Shown: positions 47,302 through 58,203, counted from the first letter of the stretch. The stretch: 64,000 nt of DNA from Patescibacteria group bacterium (GCA_038064915.1 JBBTSB010000004.1:24874-88873); one strand, 5' to 3'. The notes: generated by a model from the sequence alone, not told the origin. Numbers and translations: made by a program.

Positions 47302-47982
47302 ATGAAAAAAGTCGCAGTATTTGATATCGATGGTACGATTTTTCGATCAAGCCTGTTGCTAGAGCTTGTTGAGGCACTTATCCAGGCAAAAGTTTTTAGT
47401 AAATATGCCCAGGCGCATTATCTTGATACCTGGGAAAAGTGGCGGGATCGCGAGGGAAGCTATAGTGAGTTTATCGAGAGCGTGATCCAAGCTTATTTGC
47501 ATTATATCAAAGGCGTGCGGCGTGCTGATGTATGGAAAGTAGCCGAGCGTGTGATTGAAATCCAGAAGAAGCGTACCTACCGCTATACTCGTGATCTCGT
47601 AAAAAAACTCCAAAAAACTCATTTCCTCTTGGCCATCTCGCACTCACCCTACGAAGCTGTGGCGCCATTTGCAAAAAGTTGGGGATTTTCAAAGGTGTAT
47701 GCCCTAGTTTATGAAGTAGACAAAAAAGTACGATTTACGGGCAAGACGCTTTATGAGGATATTATTTTTGATAAAGCAAAGGTTCTCCAACGCGCTTTGG
47801 AGCACAACGATCTAGATTTGAAAGGTTCTATTGGTGTCGGTGACACAGAATCAGACATCAGATTTCTCGAGATGGTCGAGCACCCAATCGCCTTTAATCC
47901 GTCCTCAAAACTCTACGCTGTTGCCAAAAAGAAAAAATGGGATATAATTGTAGAGCGAAAAGATGTTATCTATAAAATTTAA
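47302..47982 (+). CDS. HAD-IB family phosphatase (SerB-like)
   Basis: FDIDGT, GDTESD, AFNP; TTGTAT-17-TACACT-6 nt-ATG. Confidence 0.88.
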   Translation: MKKVAVFDIDGTIFRSSLLLELVEALIQAKVFSKYAQAHYLDTWEKWRDREGSYSEFIESVIQAYLHYIKGVRRADVWKVAERVIEIQKKRTYRYTRDLVKKLQKTHFLLAISHSPYEAVAPFAKSWGFSKVYALVYEVDKKVRFTGKTLYEDIIFDKAKVLQRALEHNDLDLKGSIGVGDTESDIRFLEMVEHPIAFNPSSKLYAVAKKKKWDIIVERKDVIYKI

Positions 47983-49273
47983 AAAGGAACAAGGTGCAAT
48001 AGCAGTTCGCTTGAGCGAAGAAAAAATAAGCTACTTTACGGGTAGCGAGCTTGTGGTTGGCATCGGGCCCAAAAAAGATCTTACGACTCGCAAGTGGAGA
48101 CTTATTGCACGCCAAGTAATCTCTATGGCGAAGCAGTACAAGCTCAAGGAAATCAGTGTCAACGCAAAAGACTTTGACTTGGACGGTGTAGAGCTGGCTA
48201 TCAATTTTGAAATGGCCAACTATCAATTTTCGAAGTATAAATCAATAAAAGATGACATTGTGGAAACGATCTATTTGCAACACGCTAACCAAAAAGAGGT
48301 TGAACGGGGTCAGATCATTGGCGAAGAAGTTAATAACACTCGATCGCTTGCGAATACTCCCGGTGGTGACATGACTCCTCTGATTTTTGCAGAACGCGCA
48401 AAGGAAGCCGCCAAAGGCACGAAGGTGCAAGTGAAGGTTTTGGATAAAGACGATATGAAATCTCTGAAAATGGGAGGTGTGCTCGGAGTGGCGCAGGGAT
48501 CCAGCGAAGAGCCGAAGTTTGTTATTTTGGAATATTATGGCTCAAAAAAAAGCGATGCTCCGATCGTCCTCGTTGGCAAAGGAATTACATTTGATTCTGG
48601 CGGATTGAATGTTAAACCCGGCGATTATATGACCGATATGCACCTGGATATGTCCGGAGGTGCGGCGGTGGTTCATAGCATAGTCGCGGCGGCAAAGCTC
48701 GGAATCAAAAAAAACATTGTTGGTCTCATTCCAACCGTAGAAAACATGCCCTCCGGTTCCAGCTATCGTCCCGGTGATGTACTGCGCACCATGTCTGGTC
48801 AAACCATCGAAGTGGGCAACACGGATGCTGAAGGGCGCGTGGTGCTCTCTGATGCCTTGACCTACGCTGAAAAGTACAAACCCATGCTCGTAGTGGATGT
48901 GGCAACGCTCACGGGAGCGGCGGAAGTGGCGCTCGGTCAGCGAGCAAGCGCTATTTTTAGCAAAGACAAAGATCTCCTGCAAAAATTTCAAGAACTCGGT
49001 GAAGCAAGCGGCGATTATGTCTGGCCACTGCCACTATGGGATGAATACGAAGATGAAATCAAAGGAAATTTTGGTGATTGGTCAAATATTGGCAAAACAA
49101 AATGGGGCGGGGCCATCACAGGTGCAATATTTTTGTATCAGTGGGCAAAAAACTATCCGTGGGTGCACATTGACATGGCGCCACGTATGCTTGCGGTAGA
49201 AGGCGAGTATCTTGCCAAGGGTGCCGCCGGAGCGCCGGTGAGACTTCTTGTGAAGGTATTGGAGATGGTATAA
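47963..49273 (+). CDS. pepA: Leucyl aminopeptidase (M17)
   Basis: VGKGITFDSGG, DMSGGA, NTDAEGR, ATLTGA, HIDMA. Confidence 0.95.
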   Translation: MLSIKFKKEQGAIAVRLSEEKISYFTGSELVVGIGPKKDLTTRKWRLIARQVISMAKQYKLKEISVNAKDFDLDGVELAINFEMANYQFSKYKSIKDDIVETIYLQHANQKEVERGQIIGEEVNNTRSLANTPGGDMTPLIFAERAKEAAKGTKVQVKVLDKDDMKSLKMGGVLGVAQGSSEEPKFVILEYYGSKKSDAPIVLVGKGITFDSGGLNVKPGDYMTDMHLDMSGGAAVVHSIVAAAKLGIKKNIVGLIPTVENMPSGSSYRPGDVLRTMSGQTIEVGNTDAEGRVVLSDALTYAEKYKPMLVVDVATLTGAAEVALGQRASAIFSKDKDLLQKFQELGEASGDYVWPLPLWDEYEDEIKGNFGDWSNIGKTKWGGAITGAIFLYQWAKNYPWVHIDMAPRMLAVEGEYLAKGAAGAPVRLLVKVLEMV

Positions 49274-49280
49274 TGATTTC

Positions 49281-50924
49281 ATGTATGAACTCGCTCTCGT
49301 AGTCATTGTTGCCGCGCTTTTGGCGATCGTGATGCGCATGCTGAAGCAGCCGCTGGTTTTGGCATACCTCGCGACTGGCTTGCTGTTCAGTGCGCTGGGA
49401 CTGTACCACATCGCTTCCAATGAATCATTTTCCCTTCTCTCTGATCTTGGAGTGATGTTTTTGCTGTTTCTTGTCGGCCTTGAAATCAACTATACGTCGA
49501 TTAAAATGGTCGGAAAAACAGCCGTTCTCCTTGGCTTGGGGCAAATTCTCCTGACCTTCGGTGTGGGGTTTGTCATAGCGCTCCTGTTTCATTTTTCCAC
49601 CCTCACCGCGGCCTACATCGCCATCGCACTTACCTTTTCCAGCACCATCATTGTCGTAAAACTGCTTTCCGAGAAAAAAGATCTCAACAGTTTGTATGGA
49701 AAAATCAGTATTGGTTTTTTGCTCGTACAAGATTTTGTGGCGATTTTGTTGTTGGTCGTGCTTTCGGGAGGGCCACTTGTTTCTACGCTCATCAAGGGTG
49801 TAGTCCTCCTTGCGGTCATGTTTTGGCTTGGTCGCAAGGCGATTCCGCTCTTGTTTAACAAAATCGGCCGATCTCAAGAGCTTCTCTTCATCGTGAGCCT
49901 TGCCTGGGTGTTTGTGGTGACATCGATTGTTCAAAAGCTCGGCTTTTCTGTGGAGATTGCGGGATTTCTCGCGGGTATCGGCCTTGCAAACTCCTATGAA
50001 AACTTTCAAATTGCAAGCCACATACGCCCACTGCGAGACTTTTTCATACTCATTTTCTTTGTGATGCTGGGGGCTTCGATCACGTTCTTTAATTTTGCTG
50101 GTCTTGGCTGGCCTATTATCATTTTTTCACTCTTTGTTCTCATTGGAAATCCGCTCATCGTCCTTGTTCTTATGGGACTTACTGGGTATCGGCGAAGGAC
50201 GAGCTTTATGACAGGCATCACGATGGCGCAGGTTTCGGAATTTAGCCTTATTCTTGCTGCTCTTGGTTTTAAGCTCCACCACATCAATGAGCAGGCCGTG
50301 GGTTTGATCACTGCAGTGGGAGTCATCACCATTGTTGTATCAACGTATCTCATTATCCACGGTGATTCTATTGTACAAAAACTATGGCATATGTTGGCTG
50401 TCTTTGAAAAATTGGATCCGTTGAGCGAAGACGGTTTTGCTTCGATGGAGTTTCACCGACCCACGATTCTTATCGGTGCCCAGCGAATTGGCCACATCAT
50501 AGCTTCACATATTCGAAAAGACGAGCTTTTGATCATTGATTTTGATCCGTCGGTTGTCGAGCGGTTTAAGAAACACGGCTATGCATGTTTGCTTGGCGAT
50601 ATTTCCGATCGCGATATTTTTGAAAAGGCCAATTTTGACGAGAGTAAGCTCGTCATTTGCACGAGTCCGGATGTGCAGGACAACTTGTCTTTGTTAACGC
50701 AGCTAAGGCACACCAAAGGTCCCCGGAAGATTATTTTGCGAGCGGACAATGATCATGATTCCACGATTCTTTACAAAAAAGGCGCTGACTATGTCATCCG
50801 GCCGCATCTGACTTCAGGCCATTATATTGGAGAAATTTTGGGCAATAAGGAAGAGCGCGACCGCTCCCTCTGGCACGCCCGAGAAAAAGATTTTAAGATT
50901 GTCTCAAGAGAACTACAACATTAA
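49281..50924 (+). CDS. Kef-type cation:proton antiporter with a TrkA_N domain
   Basis: LFLVGLE, FSSTIIVVKLL, QDF, LRDFF..FF, QVSEFS, C-terminal GD..D, GADYVI. Confidence 0.9.
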   Translation: MYELALVVIVAALLAIVMRMLKQPLVLAYLATGLLFSALGLYHIASNESFSLLSDLGVMFLLFLVGLEINYTSIKMVGKTAVLLGLGQILLTFGVGFVIALLFHFSTLTAAYIAIALTFSSTIIVVKLLSEKKDLNSLYGKISIGFLLVQDFVAILLLVVLSGGPLVSTLIKGVVLLAVMFWLGRKAIPLLFNKIGRSQELLFIVSLAWVFVVTSIVQKLGFSVEIAGFLAGIGLANSYENFQIASHIRPLRDFFILIFFVMLGASITFFNFAGLGWPIIIFSLFVLIGNPLIVLVLMGLTGYRRRTSFMTGITMAQVSEFSLILAALGFKLHHINEQAVGLITAVGVITIVVSTYLIIHGDSIVQKLWHMLAVFEKLDPLSEDGFASMEFHRPTILIGAQRIGHIIASHIRKDELLIIDFDPSVVERFKKHGYACLLGDISDRDIFEKANFDESKLVICTSPDVQDNLSLLTQLRHTKGPRKIILRADNDHDSTILYKKGADYVIRPHLTSGHYIGEILGNKEERDRSLWHAREKDFKIVSRELQH

Positions 50925-51834
50925 GAAGTTTCTCAACTTCCTTGAGACTGTCGAGGTCGTGAATTGAAATTAGCAGAGGGTTTAAATGTTTAAAAGTTTC
51001 AAGTTTAAAGTTAGGAACTAAGTCGCTTTTGGTAACAAAAATATATTCCGGTTTTTCTAAGAGTTTTTTGTTGAATGTCGCAAGTTCCGAGCGTACTATT
51101 TCGTAGTCTTTTTCCGGGTGAGGGGAATCTGCGGCAATACAGTGAAAGAGCACTTTAGTGCGTTCTATGTGGCGCAAAAATTTAATTCCCAATCCTTTGC
51201 CACTCGACGCACCTTCAATGAGCCCCGGGATATCTGCGAGAATAAGTCCGCCATGCCAAACGCCAAGATTCGGTTCCAGCGTAGTAAACTGATAGTTTGC
51301 AACTTTGCTTTTAGCGTTGGTGAGTTCATTGAGAAGACTCGACTTACCGACATTGGGTAGACCGATGAGGCCGACATCGGCGATCAGTTTGAGCTCAAGG
51401 CGGATGGTATACTCTTCTCCTTTTGTGCCAGGTTCAAACTCCTTGGGACTTGTGTTTTCGGGACCTCGAAAGTGAAAGTTGCCACGGCCTCCTTTACCGC
51501 CTTGGGCGATCATGACGCGCTCGCCGACTTTGGTGATTTCGATATTTTTGGGATGGACTACCGTACCCACGGGAACTTTTAAAACTAAATCTTCCCCTCG
51601 AGGTCCATCCACAAATTGCCCACGGCCATTGCCACCATCCTGGGCTTTCCAGTCTTTTTTATTGCGAAATTGGTAGAGCGCCCCTAAATCTGAAATTCCT
51701 TCCAGGTACACGCTTCCACCGTGTCCGCCTGAACCACCCACGGGGCCGAGGGATTTCATGTTGGAGTTAAATGCAACCTTTCCATTACCACCGTTGCCGG
51801 CCTTTACGTTGATTGTCACGTCATCAATAAGCAT
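50893..51834 (-). CDS. obgE: GTPase ObgE
   Basis: Gly-rich Obg fold, GLPNVGKSS, FTTLEPNLG, DIPGLIEGA, FLRHIER. Confidence 0.97.
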   Translation of the reverse strand: MLIDDVTINVKAGNGGNGKVAFNSNMKSLGPVGGSGGHGGSVYLEGISDLGALYQFRNKKDWKAQDGGNGRGQFVDGPRGEDLVLKVPVGTVVHPKNIEITKVGERVMIAQGGKGGRGNFHFRGPENTSPKEFEPGTKGEEYTIRLELKLIADVGLIGLPNVGKSSLLNELTNAKSKVANYQFTTLEPNLGVWHGGLILADIPGLIEGASSGKGLGIKFLRHIERTKVLFHCIAADSPHPEKDYEIVRSELATFNKKLLEKPEYIFVTKSDLVPNFKLETFKHLNPLLISIHDLDSLKEVEKLLNVVVLLRQS

Positions 51835-51847
51835 GTACTATTAAACC

Positions 51848-52951
51848 ATGGAACTCACAGTTTCTCAATTTTTGGAAGCGGTGAATCTGCATTTGCGTCA
51901 GCAACAGGTCACCGTGTATGGAGAGGTGACCGGGCGCATCAACCGGCGTGGGGGAGTGACATACTTTACGATTCATGATCAAGAGGAAGACGCAAGCATG
52001 ACCTGCATGGGGTTTAACTCGATCATGGACAAGCTTGGAATAGAGTTGGAGGAGGGGATGGTGATTAAAGTCAGCGGGTATCCCGAAATTTGGAAACGCA
52101 ACGGAATGTTTTCATTCAAAGCTTTTCAGATCATGCTTGCGGGTGAAGGGACACTCAAGCGACAGTTTGAAGCCTTGAAGAGAAAGTTAGAGACAGATGG
52201 GTTATTTAGTGAAGAGTACAAAAAACCTCTTCCCAGTTTTATTAAATCCCTAGGTTTGATTACGGCGGAGGGTCGCGAAGCGCAAAATGATTTTTTAAAG
52301 CATCTCACATCTGTTGGAATTTCGGTCAATTTATATGATGTACGCGTGGAAGGTGCAAGCGCCGTAGAGCAGGTTTGCGAGGCTATCGCATATTTTAATC
52401 AGCACGAACCGGAAACAGAAGTCTTGGTCATCACCCGCGGTGGAGGCTCCATGGAGGCTCTACAAGCCTTTAATAGCGAAGATATCGCCCGAGCCATATT
52501 TGCGTCACGTATTCCTGTGATTTCGGCCATAGGACATGAACGGGATGTGACGATTGCCGATTTTGTGGCAGATGTGCGGGCTTCTACACCAACCGATGCG
52601 GCCAAAATCATCAGTGCTGACTGGCAATCGGCTCCTCTCACACTTCAAAATATAGCGCAATCTCTCAATACAGATGTGAACCGGCTTATTGCTGAGCTTC
52701 GACAGACGATGGCGGTATGGAATTCGCAGGTTCAGCAAAGTATAGACCATACATTTAAACACTTAAACTTGAAACTCTTAAACTACGAGCATCAACTCAC
52801 GCTTTCCAATCCTGAATTAAAACTAAAACAAGGATATGCGATTGTACGGGATAGTAAAAACAAAATTATTAAAAATATTGCAGATATAGCTGACAGTGAT
52901 ATAGTAGAAGCGCAATTCGCATATGGCAAAACAAAGCTCAAAAGAATTTAA
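51848..52951 (+). CDS. xseA: Exodeoxyribonuclease VII large subunit
   Basis: RGGGSME.L..FN.E, SAIGHE.D.TIADFVAD.RASTPT. Confidence 0.95.
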   Translation: MELTVSQFLEAVNLHLRQQQVTVYGEVTGRINRRGGVTYFTIHDQEEDASMTCMGFNSIMDKLGIELEEGMVIKVSGYPEIWKRNGMFSFKAFQIMLAGEGTLKRQFEALKRKLETDGLFSEEYKKPLPSFIKSLGLITAEGREAQNDFLKHLTSVGISVNLYDVRVEGASAVEQVCEAIAYFNQHEPETEVLVITRGGGSMEALQAFNSEDIARAIFASRIPVISAIGHERDVTIADFVADVRASTPTDAAKIISADWQSAPLTLQNIAQSLNTDVNRLIAELRQTMAVWNSQVQQSIDHTFKHLNLKLLNYEHQLTLSNPELKLKQGYAIVRDSKNKIIKNIADIADSDIVEAQFAYGKTKLKRI

Positions 52952-53132
52952 CTTTAAAAAAGCCTTCGCAGAACTCGAGGATATTTCATCATGGTTTCAA
53001 AATCCGGATATTGATCTGGACGAAGCGCTCAAAAAGTATGAACGAGGCTTAGTCTTGATCAAAGAAGCCCAAGCACATCTCAAAGAAACCGAGAATCAGT
53101 TCAAGGTGATCAAAAAGAGTGAGGTTGATTAG
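52923..53132 (+). CDS. xseB: Exodeoxyribonuclease VII small subunit
   Basis: FKKAFAELE.I......DLDEALKKYERG; follows xseA. Confidence 0.92.
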   Translation: MAKQSSKEFNFKKAFAELEDISSWFQNPDIDLDEALKKYERGLVLIKEAQAHLKETENQFKVIKKSEVD

Positions 53133-53461
53133 CGTGGTAGTTGTTTCTCGAGGTGCTCTTTTTCTCTAGCAAGTTCCTGGATGCGCGCAGTGAGATGTAT
53201 AATTTCATCATTTAGTTCTTTTTTCAATGCTCGGTCTCGTGCGGCCTGATTTGGATTAAGTTGCATGAGTGATAGCCGCTCATTTACGGCATCCAGCGCA
53301 TCTCTTTTTTCCGCTACGATTTTTTGAGCGGCCGCGAGTTCTTTATTAAGTTTATCGATTGGCGTCTCAAAATCACTTGCAAGTCGTAAATTTCGACGCG
53401 CAACGGCTTCCTCTAAATCCGCTAGTGATTTCGCTTTTGGTTTGAATTCGTTTTCCTTCAT
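53129..53461 (-). CDS. Coiled-coil hypothetical protein
   Basis: 110 aa, heptad-rich, overlaps the murJ stop. Confidence 0.7.
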   Translation of the reverse strand: MKENEFKPKAKSLADLEEAVARRNLRLASDFETPIDKLNKELAAAQKIVAEKRDALDAVNERLSLMQLNPNQAARDRALKKELNDEIIHLTARIQELAREKEHLEKQLPR

Positions 53462-54762
53462 GTCAATACTTTATCAGTTTCTCGGCGGAGAAGTATCCAC
53501 AAAAGAATAATTTTAACCAAACTGCCAACAAAAAAGCCCAGTGCGAGGCCGCGCACGCCCATGAAGCGGGAAAAATAGTATCCGGCGCCAAGAGCAAAGA
53601 CGAGGCCGCCGATGCTGATAAGGGTGGGGGTGAGACTATTTTTGAGTGCATAAAAACTTCGGGCCAAGAGATGACTCAAGCTTTCCGTAGGAATAGCGAG
53701 TGCAAAAAATGAAAACGTGGCCGCCGTAAGTGCAATTTCATCAGCACCAAACTCTCCTCCTCCGAGCAAAATACTGATGAGTGGACGGCGGATCAGGTAC
53801 ATCACCAATGCAGCAAGAATAGTGACGGAGACGATTACTTTTCCCGTAAACCATAGCTCGTTGTTGAAATCATCCTTTGTTTTTGCGCGCGAAAGTGCAG
53901 GAAATACCGTGAGAGCAAATGTCGCGCCGATGACATTGACCGGCATGCTTTCAAAATTGCGTGCAAAATTCATGATCGCGATTGATCCAGCACCCAATGA
54001 CGAAGCAATGATCGTAAATCCCGCAAAAGTGAGTTGTTCGATCGGATGTCCTGCCATCTTGGGAATCATGAGCCGAACAAAATTGCGATAGACATCACTA
54101 AAATGAATTTTTGGTCGGTAGGCAAGCCACTTTCTCGTTGCGATCAAGCGGGGGATCAAATGCAAGACTGCTCCTGCAAGTGTCCCTACGGCAACGCCAT
54201 AAATTCCCCAAATAGGCACAAGGAATATTGTTCCCAAAATAATGCCGGTATTGTAAAGCGCAGCGGATATCCCAAACCAAAAAAACCGTTCATGGCTCAC
54301 GAGGATACTTCCCAGCGTATTGCTGATTGCAAAAATAATTGGGGAGAGCAGGAGGATGCGCATGAGAATGACAAAACTGTGTCGAGCAACATCATCAAAA
54401 CCAGGTACGATAAGATGACTCAGTTGCGGCGCAAGAAAAAAAGAAATAACACCGCACACAAAAACTACCAAAAGAGAGCTATTCAGAACAGAATTAATAA
54501 ACTCTGGTCGCTCTTCGTCTTTCGTGGAGGTAAAGAGGGGAATAAATGCGGCTGTAAGAGCCCCCGCAACAAAGATATTTAAGATCAAATCCGGTACCGT
54601 GAATGCCGCATTATAGGCATCCAGTACGGGAGAGGCTCCAAAGGTGTGAGCAAACTGCCGATCACGCAAAAGGCCTAATATATAGCTCAAAACGGTGGTA
54701 ATTGCGAGTGCCGCTGACCCCTTGAAAAAAGTTTTTCGATTTATGATATAATGGAGTTGCAT
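53458..54762 (-). CDS. murJ: Lipid II flippase MurJ (MviN)
   Basis: LGLLRDR, DAYNAAF.VPD, AFIPLF, LYN.GII, RSFYAL. Confidence 0.93.
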   Translation of the reverse strand: MQLHYIINRKTFFKGSAALAITTVLSYILGLLRDRQFAHTFGASPVLDAYNAAFTVPDLILNIFVAGALTAAFIPLFTSTKDEERPEFINSVLNSSLLVVFVCGVISFFLAPQLSHLIVPGFDDVARHSFVILMRILLLSPIIFAISNTLGSILVSHERFFWFGISAALYNTGIILGTIFLVPIWGIYGVAVGTLAGAVLHLIPRLIATRKWLAYRPKIHFSDVYRNFVRLMIPKMAGHPIEQLTFAGFTIIASSLGAGSIAIMNFARNFESMPVNVIGATFALTVFPALSRAKTKDDFNNELWFTGKVIVSVTILAALVMYLIRRPLISILLGGGEFGADEIALTAATFSFFALAIPTESLSHLLARSFYALKNSLTPTLISIGGLVFALGAGYYFSRFMGVRGLALGFFVGSLVKIILLWILLRRETDKVLT

Positions 54763-56077
54763 GAAACGATTCGCCTATATCCTGCTGATTATGGCATGTT
54801 TTTTGGTCCCTGTGAATGGGACAGCTTCGGTGCAAGAAGAAATTGAATCGAGAAACAAGCAGATTGAGGAGCTCCAACGGCAAATCGCTGAATACCAAGA
54901 ACAAATCCTCGCTACGAGTAGTAAGGCGAAGACGTTGAGCACCGAGATTTCCCGATTGAATAACCAGATCTCCAAAATTCAGCTCGAAATAAAAAGCCTA
55001 GGACTTGCCATTACACAAACAGATTCTGAAATTGATGTGACGCAAAAAAGTATCGGTGAAACACAGGCGGAAATTGATATTCACAAACAGGCGCTGGGCA
55101 GCGCTCTACTGACACTTTACCAAACCGATCAGCAAAACCTTACCCAAGTTTTGGTAAAAAATCCTCGCCTCTCTGATTTTTTTAGTAGCGTAAAAACACT
55201 TGATGATGCCCAAAATGTTCTTCGCACCAATATTATTGCGTTGAGAGATTTAAAAGCTGATCTTGAATATAAGCAAAATAACCTTGAGGAGAAACGCTCC
55301 GAACTCCAAGAATTGAAATCTCTCCAGGAATCTCAACGCCGCACCCTTGATCTGAATAAAAATACAAAAGACAAGCTTCTGAAGGATACCAAAGGGGAGG
55401 AAAAAAAGTACCAAACACTTCTCAATCAGTCACAAGATCAACTCAAAAAAATTCGCGAACAAATAACTTACCTCAACCAGAGCGGTGTTACGGTCGAGGA
55501 GGCCATCAAATTTGGCCAAATGTCGGCTATTCGCGTAGGTATGAGACCGGCGTTTCTTATCGCGATACTGGAAGTGGAGTCTCGGTTGGGAAAAAATGTC
55601 GGCACCGGTACTTGGGAAAAGGATATGTATCAGTGCTACTTGAACCTTGCAAAAATTTATCCAACACGCGCGGCATACTATACGAAACGTGCCGAAGATG
55701 AAAAGGCGGCATTTTTCAAGATTATCAACAAGCTTGGCCTCGATCCGAATACGGTAAAGGTGTCTCGCGAACCCAGTTATGGATGCGGGGGAGCGATGGG
55801 ACCGGCGCAATTTATCCCGACCACCTGGCTTGGGTATGAAGCGGATGTGATACGATATACAGGGCATGACCCCGTAAGTCCATGGAATATCGAAGATGCG
55901 TTTATGGCTGCTGCCATCAAGCTATCACGTGGCGGTGCGGCGGCGGGAACACGTGCAGGAGAAATACGCGCCGCGAAAGCATATATTAGTGGAAATGCCA
56001 ATTGTACTTCAAGTATATGTAACTATTATGCAAATTTGGCGCTCGACAAGGCGGCTATTATCGAACAAAATCTTTAG
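54761..56077 (+). CDS. Coiled-coil (CwlO/PcsB-like) lytic murein transglycosylase
   Basis: Signal peptide, long coiled coil, AILEVES, GGAMGPAQFIPTTW, SPWNIEDA. Confidence 0.87.
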   Translation: MKRFAYILLIMACFLVPVNGTASVQEEIESRNKQIEELQRQIAEYQEQILATSSKAKTLSTEISRLNNQISKIQLEIKSLGLAITQTDSEIDVTQKSIGETQAEIDIHKQALGSALLTLYQTDQQNLTQVLVKNPRLSDFFSSVKTLDDAQNVLRTNIIALRDLKADLEYKQNNLEEKRSELQELKSLQESQRRTLDLNKNTKDKLLKDTKGEEKKYQTLLNQSQDQLKKIREQITYLNQSGVTVEEAIKFGQMSAIRVGMRPAFLIAILEVESRLGKNVGTGTWEKDMYQCYLNLAKIYPTRAAYYTKRAEDEKAAFFKIINKLGLDPNTVKVSREPSYGCGGAMGPAQFIPTTWLGYEADVIRYTGHDPVSPWNIEDAFMAAAIKLSRGGAAAGTRAGEIRAAKAYISGNANCTSSICNYYANLALDKAAIIEQNL

Positions 56078-57185
56078 CGGAACACTGGTGGTACTGACGC
56101 TTCTGGTGACCAGTAGTTTTTTGTTTTCGCGAACGATTGACGTTTCGAAGCAAGCGTTTTCGCTGTTCACGAATACGGAATTTTCCATTTCAAAAAAAAT
56201 CCAAGATGGCATTGCGATGCTCAAAGCTTCTCCACCGCTTGCATATTCAGGATCGCGACAGCAAGTGGCACTTGCTATTTTGAATAAACAAACGGGGGAA
56301 ATTCAAGAAGAGCGGATTTGGATCACTCCCGGAGGCGATCTCATTTCCAGTTCACTGCCGATTCGAATACAATGGTGGAATTCGTTCAATACCTACTATG
56401 AAATTGACGATCGTCCGGAACTAATCGTCGTAGCTAATAAATTTTTAGTGGAACGCAAGTATCTCCCCGAGCAGACCACACTGCGTCTTGATCTTGATGC
56501 CCCACGGAGCAAGTATACCGACATGGTATATGCACCATACTCGGAAAATCTTCACTGGCCCGATGTTGTTGACGACGGGAAGGAATATATCAACCGTCAT
56601 GCCGAGCAGGCATTTAAAGAACTGAAAACCGCCAAGGTGCAATCGCGCTCTCAACCCGGGAAGCTTGTAGTTGACGTAGTACCCAAGGACCTCGTAAAAA
56701 CCATAGTTTTAGTCGAGCATGTCGATCCGGGATGGCTGGAATTTTCTGACGACGGAGGTAGGGCTCTGGTGGAGCGTGCTTTAGTGATCATTGGAGCAAA
56801 TCAGCAGTGGGCGTATCGCTATACGAGCTCAAAAGCGAACGCTTACGGCCTTGCGCAGTTTATCGAACCCACCTACGACCTTATGGTTGATCGTTACCCG
56901 GATGCTGGGTTGATCAAAGACCACACGCTTGGCATGGTGGACCATACGAACGCTTTTAAGGCAATTGCGTTGTTATTTGACAACGAGGCCCATGAAATCC
57001 AAAGCAAAGCCAGCATTCCTGCAACTCGCGAAATGCTCGCCGCGGCCTACAACGGCGGCCCGGGTCGCGTCATTCAAGCAGTAAAAAGCGATGGACAGGA
57101 TTGGGCGAATAGTGATATATTTCCCGACGAAACTAGCAACTATGTCAAAAAATACGGCCTCATCAAAAAGCTCAATATCTTCTAA
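56028..57185 (+). CDS. SLT-family lytic transglycosylase
   Basis: N-terminal TM, SKANAYGLAQFIEPT, AAAYNGGPG, ETSNYV; start uncertain. Confidence 0.8.
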   Translation: MQIWRSTRRLLSNKIFSGTLVVLTLLVTSSFLFSRTIDVSKQAFSLFTNTEFSISKKIQDGIAMLKASPPLAYSGSRQQVALAILNKQTGEIQEERIWITPGGDLISSSLPIRIQWWNSFNTYYEIDDRPELIVVANKFLVERKYLPEQTTLRLDLDAPRSKYTDMVYAPYSENLHWPDVVDDGKEYINRHAEQAFKELKTAKVQSRSQPGKLVVDVVPKDLVKTIVLVEHVDPGWLEFSDDGGRALVERALVIIGANQQWAYRYTSSKANAYGLAQFIEPTYDLMVDRYPDAGLIKDHTLGMVDHTNAFKAIALLFDNEAHEIQSKASIPATREMLAAAYNGGPGRVIQAVKSDGQDWANSDIFPDETSNYVKKYGLIKKLNIF

Positions 57186-58203
57186 AATCTACGTCGCCAT
57201 GTCTGGCGGTGTTGATTCTTCTGTTGCAGCAGCACTCCTCAAACAACAAGGACATCAGGTAACCGGAGTGTTTTTCAAACCGTGGCAACCCGAGGGATTT
57301 TACTGCAATTGGAAGCAGGATCGGCAAGACGCAATGCGAGTGGCGGCAAAACTCGGCATTCCATTCAAAACCTGGGATTTTTCTATAGAATATGGCCGCG
57401 AAGTCGCGCAGTATATGATTGATGGATATCGGGATGGAATTACGCCAAATCCCGACGTGATGTGCAACAAAGAAATCAAGTTTGGTCTATTTTTGAAAAA
57501 AGCTCTTGCCGATGGTGCAGATTACATAGCAACAGGGCATTATGCACGCCTTCGTCAAGGCTCCGACGGACAAGCGCATCTTCTCAAATCAAAAGACAAA
57601 AATAAAGACCAGACGTATTTTTTGTGGACACTGAAGCAAGATCAACTCAAGCACGTGTTTTTTCCGATTGGCGGGTATACAAAACCTGAAGTAAGAAAGC
57701 TCGCCAAAAAATTCGGCCTGCCTACACACGCCAAAAAAGACAGTCAGGGCGTATGTTTTGTCGGTAAGCTGGATATGCATGACTTTTTGACAGAATATAT
57801 AAAACCTGAACCTGGGCCAATTATTTTCGACGGAAAAGAAGTTGGAACTCATGACGGCACAGCCTACTACACCATCGGCCAACGACATGGACTGAATATT
57901 ACTACTGGAGGAGGGCCATTTTATGTCATCGACAAAAAGCGCAATACGCTTTTTGTCTCAAAATCAAAAATAAAAAATCAAAATGCAAAATTGGCGGAAA
58001 TAAATTGGATTTCAAACCCAAAACTGCCACTAAAAGCAAGCGTGAAAATTCGTTATCGGACAAAAGAAGTTCCTGTGATGATTAGTCCTGACTTTAGACT
58101 ATCAACTACGCACTTCTTCACTTCTCCAAGCCCTGGTCAGTCTGCGGTGTTGTATCGCGGGCAGGAAGTTTTGGGAGGAGGGATACTCCAGTCATCTCAA
58201 TAG
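57142..58203 (+). CDS. mnmA: tRNA 2-thiouridine(34) synthase MnmA
   Basis: AMSGGVDSSV, TPNPDVMCN..IKF, ATGHY, KDQTYFL, DSQGVCF, TIGQR, PGQS. Confidence 0.97.
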   Translation: MSKNTASSKSSISSKIYVAMSGGVDSSVAAALLKQQGHQVTGVFFKPWQPEGFYCNWKQDRQDAMRVAAKLGIPFKTWDFSIEYGREVAQYMIDGYRDGITPNPDVMCNKEIKFGLFLKKALADGADYIATGHYARLRQGSDGQAHLLKSKDKNKDQTYFLWTLKQDQLKHVFFPIGGYTKPEVRKLAKKFGLPTHAKKDSQGVCFVGKLDMHDFLTEYIKPEPGPIIFDGKEVGTHDGTAYYTIGQRHGLNITTGGGPFYVIDKKRNTLFVSKSKIKNQNAKLAEINWISNPKLPLKASVKIRYRTKEVPVMISPDFRLSTTHFFTSPSPGQSAVLYRGQEVLGGGILQSSQ

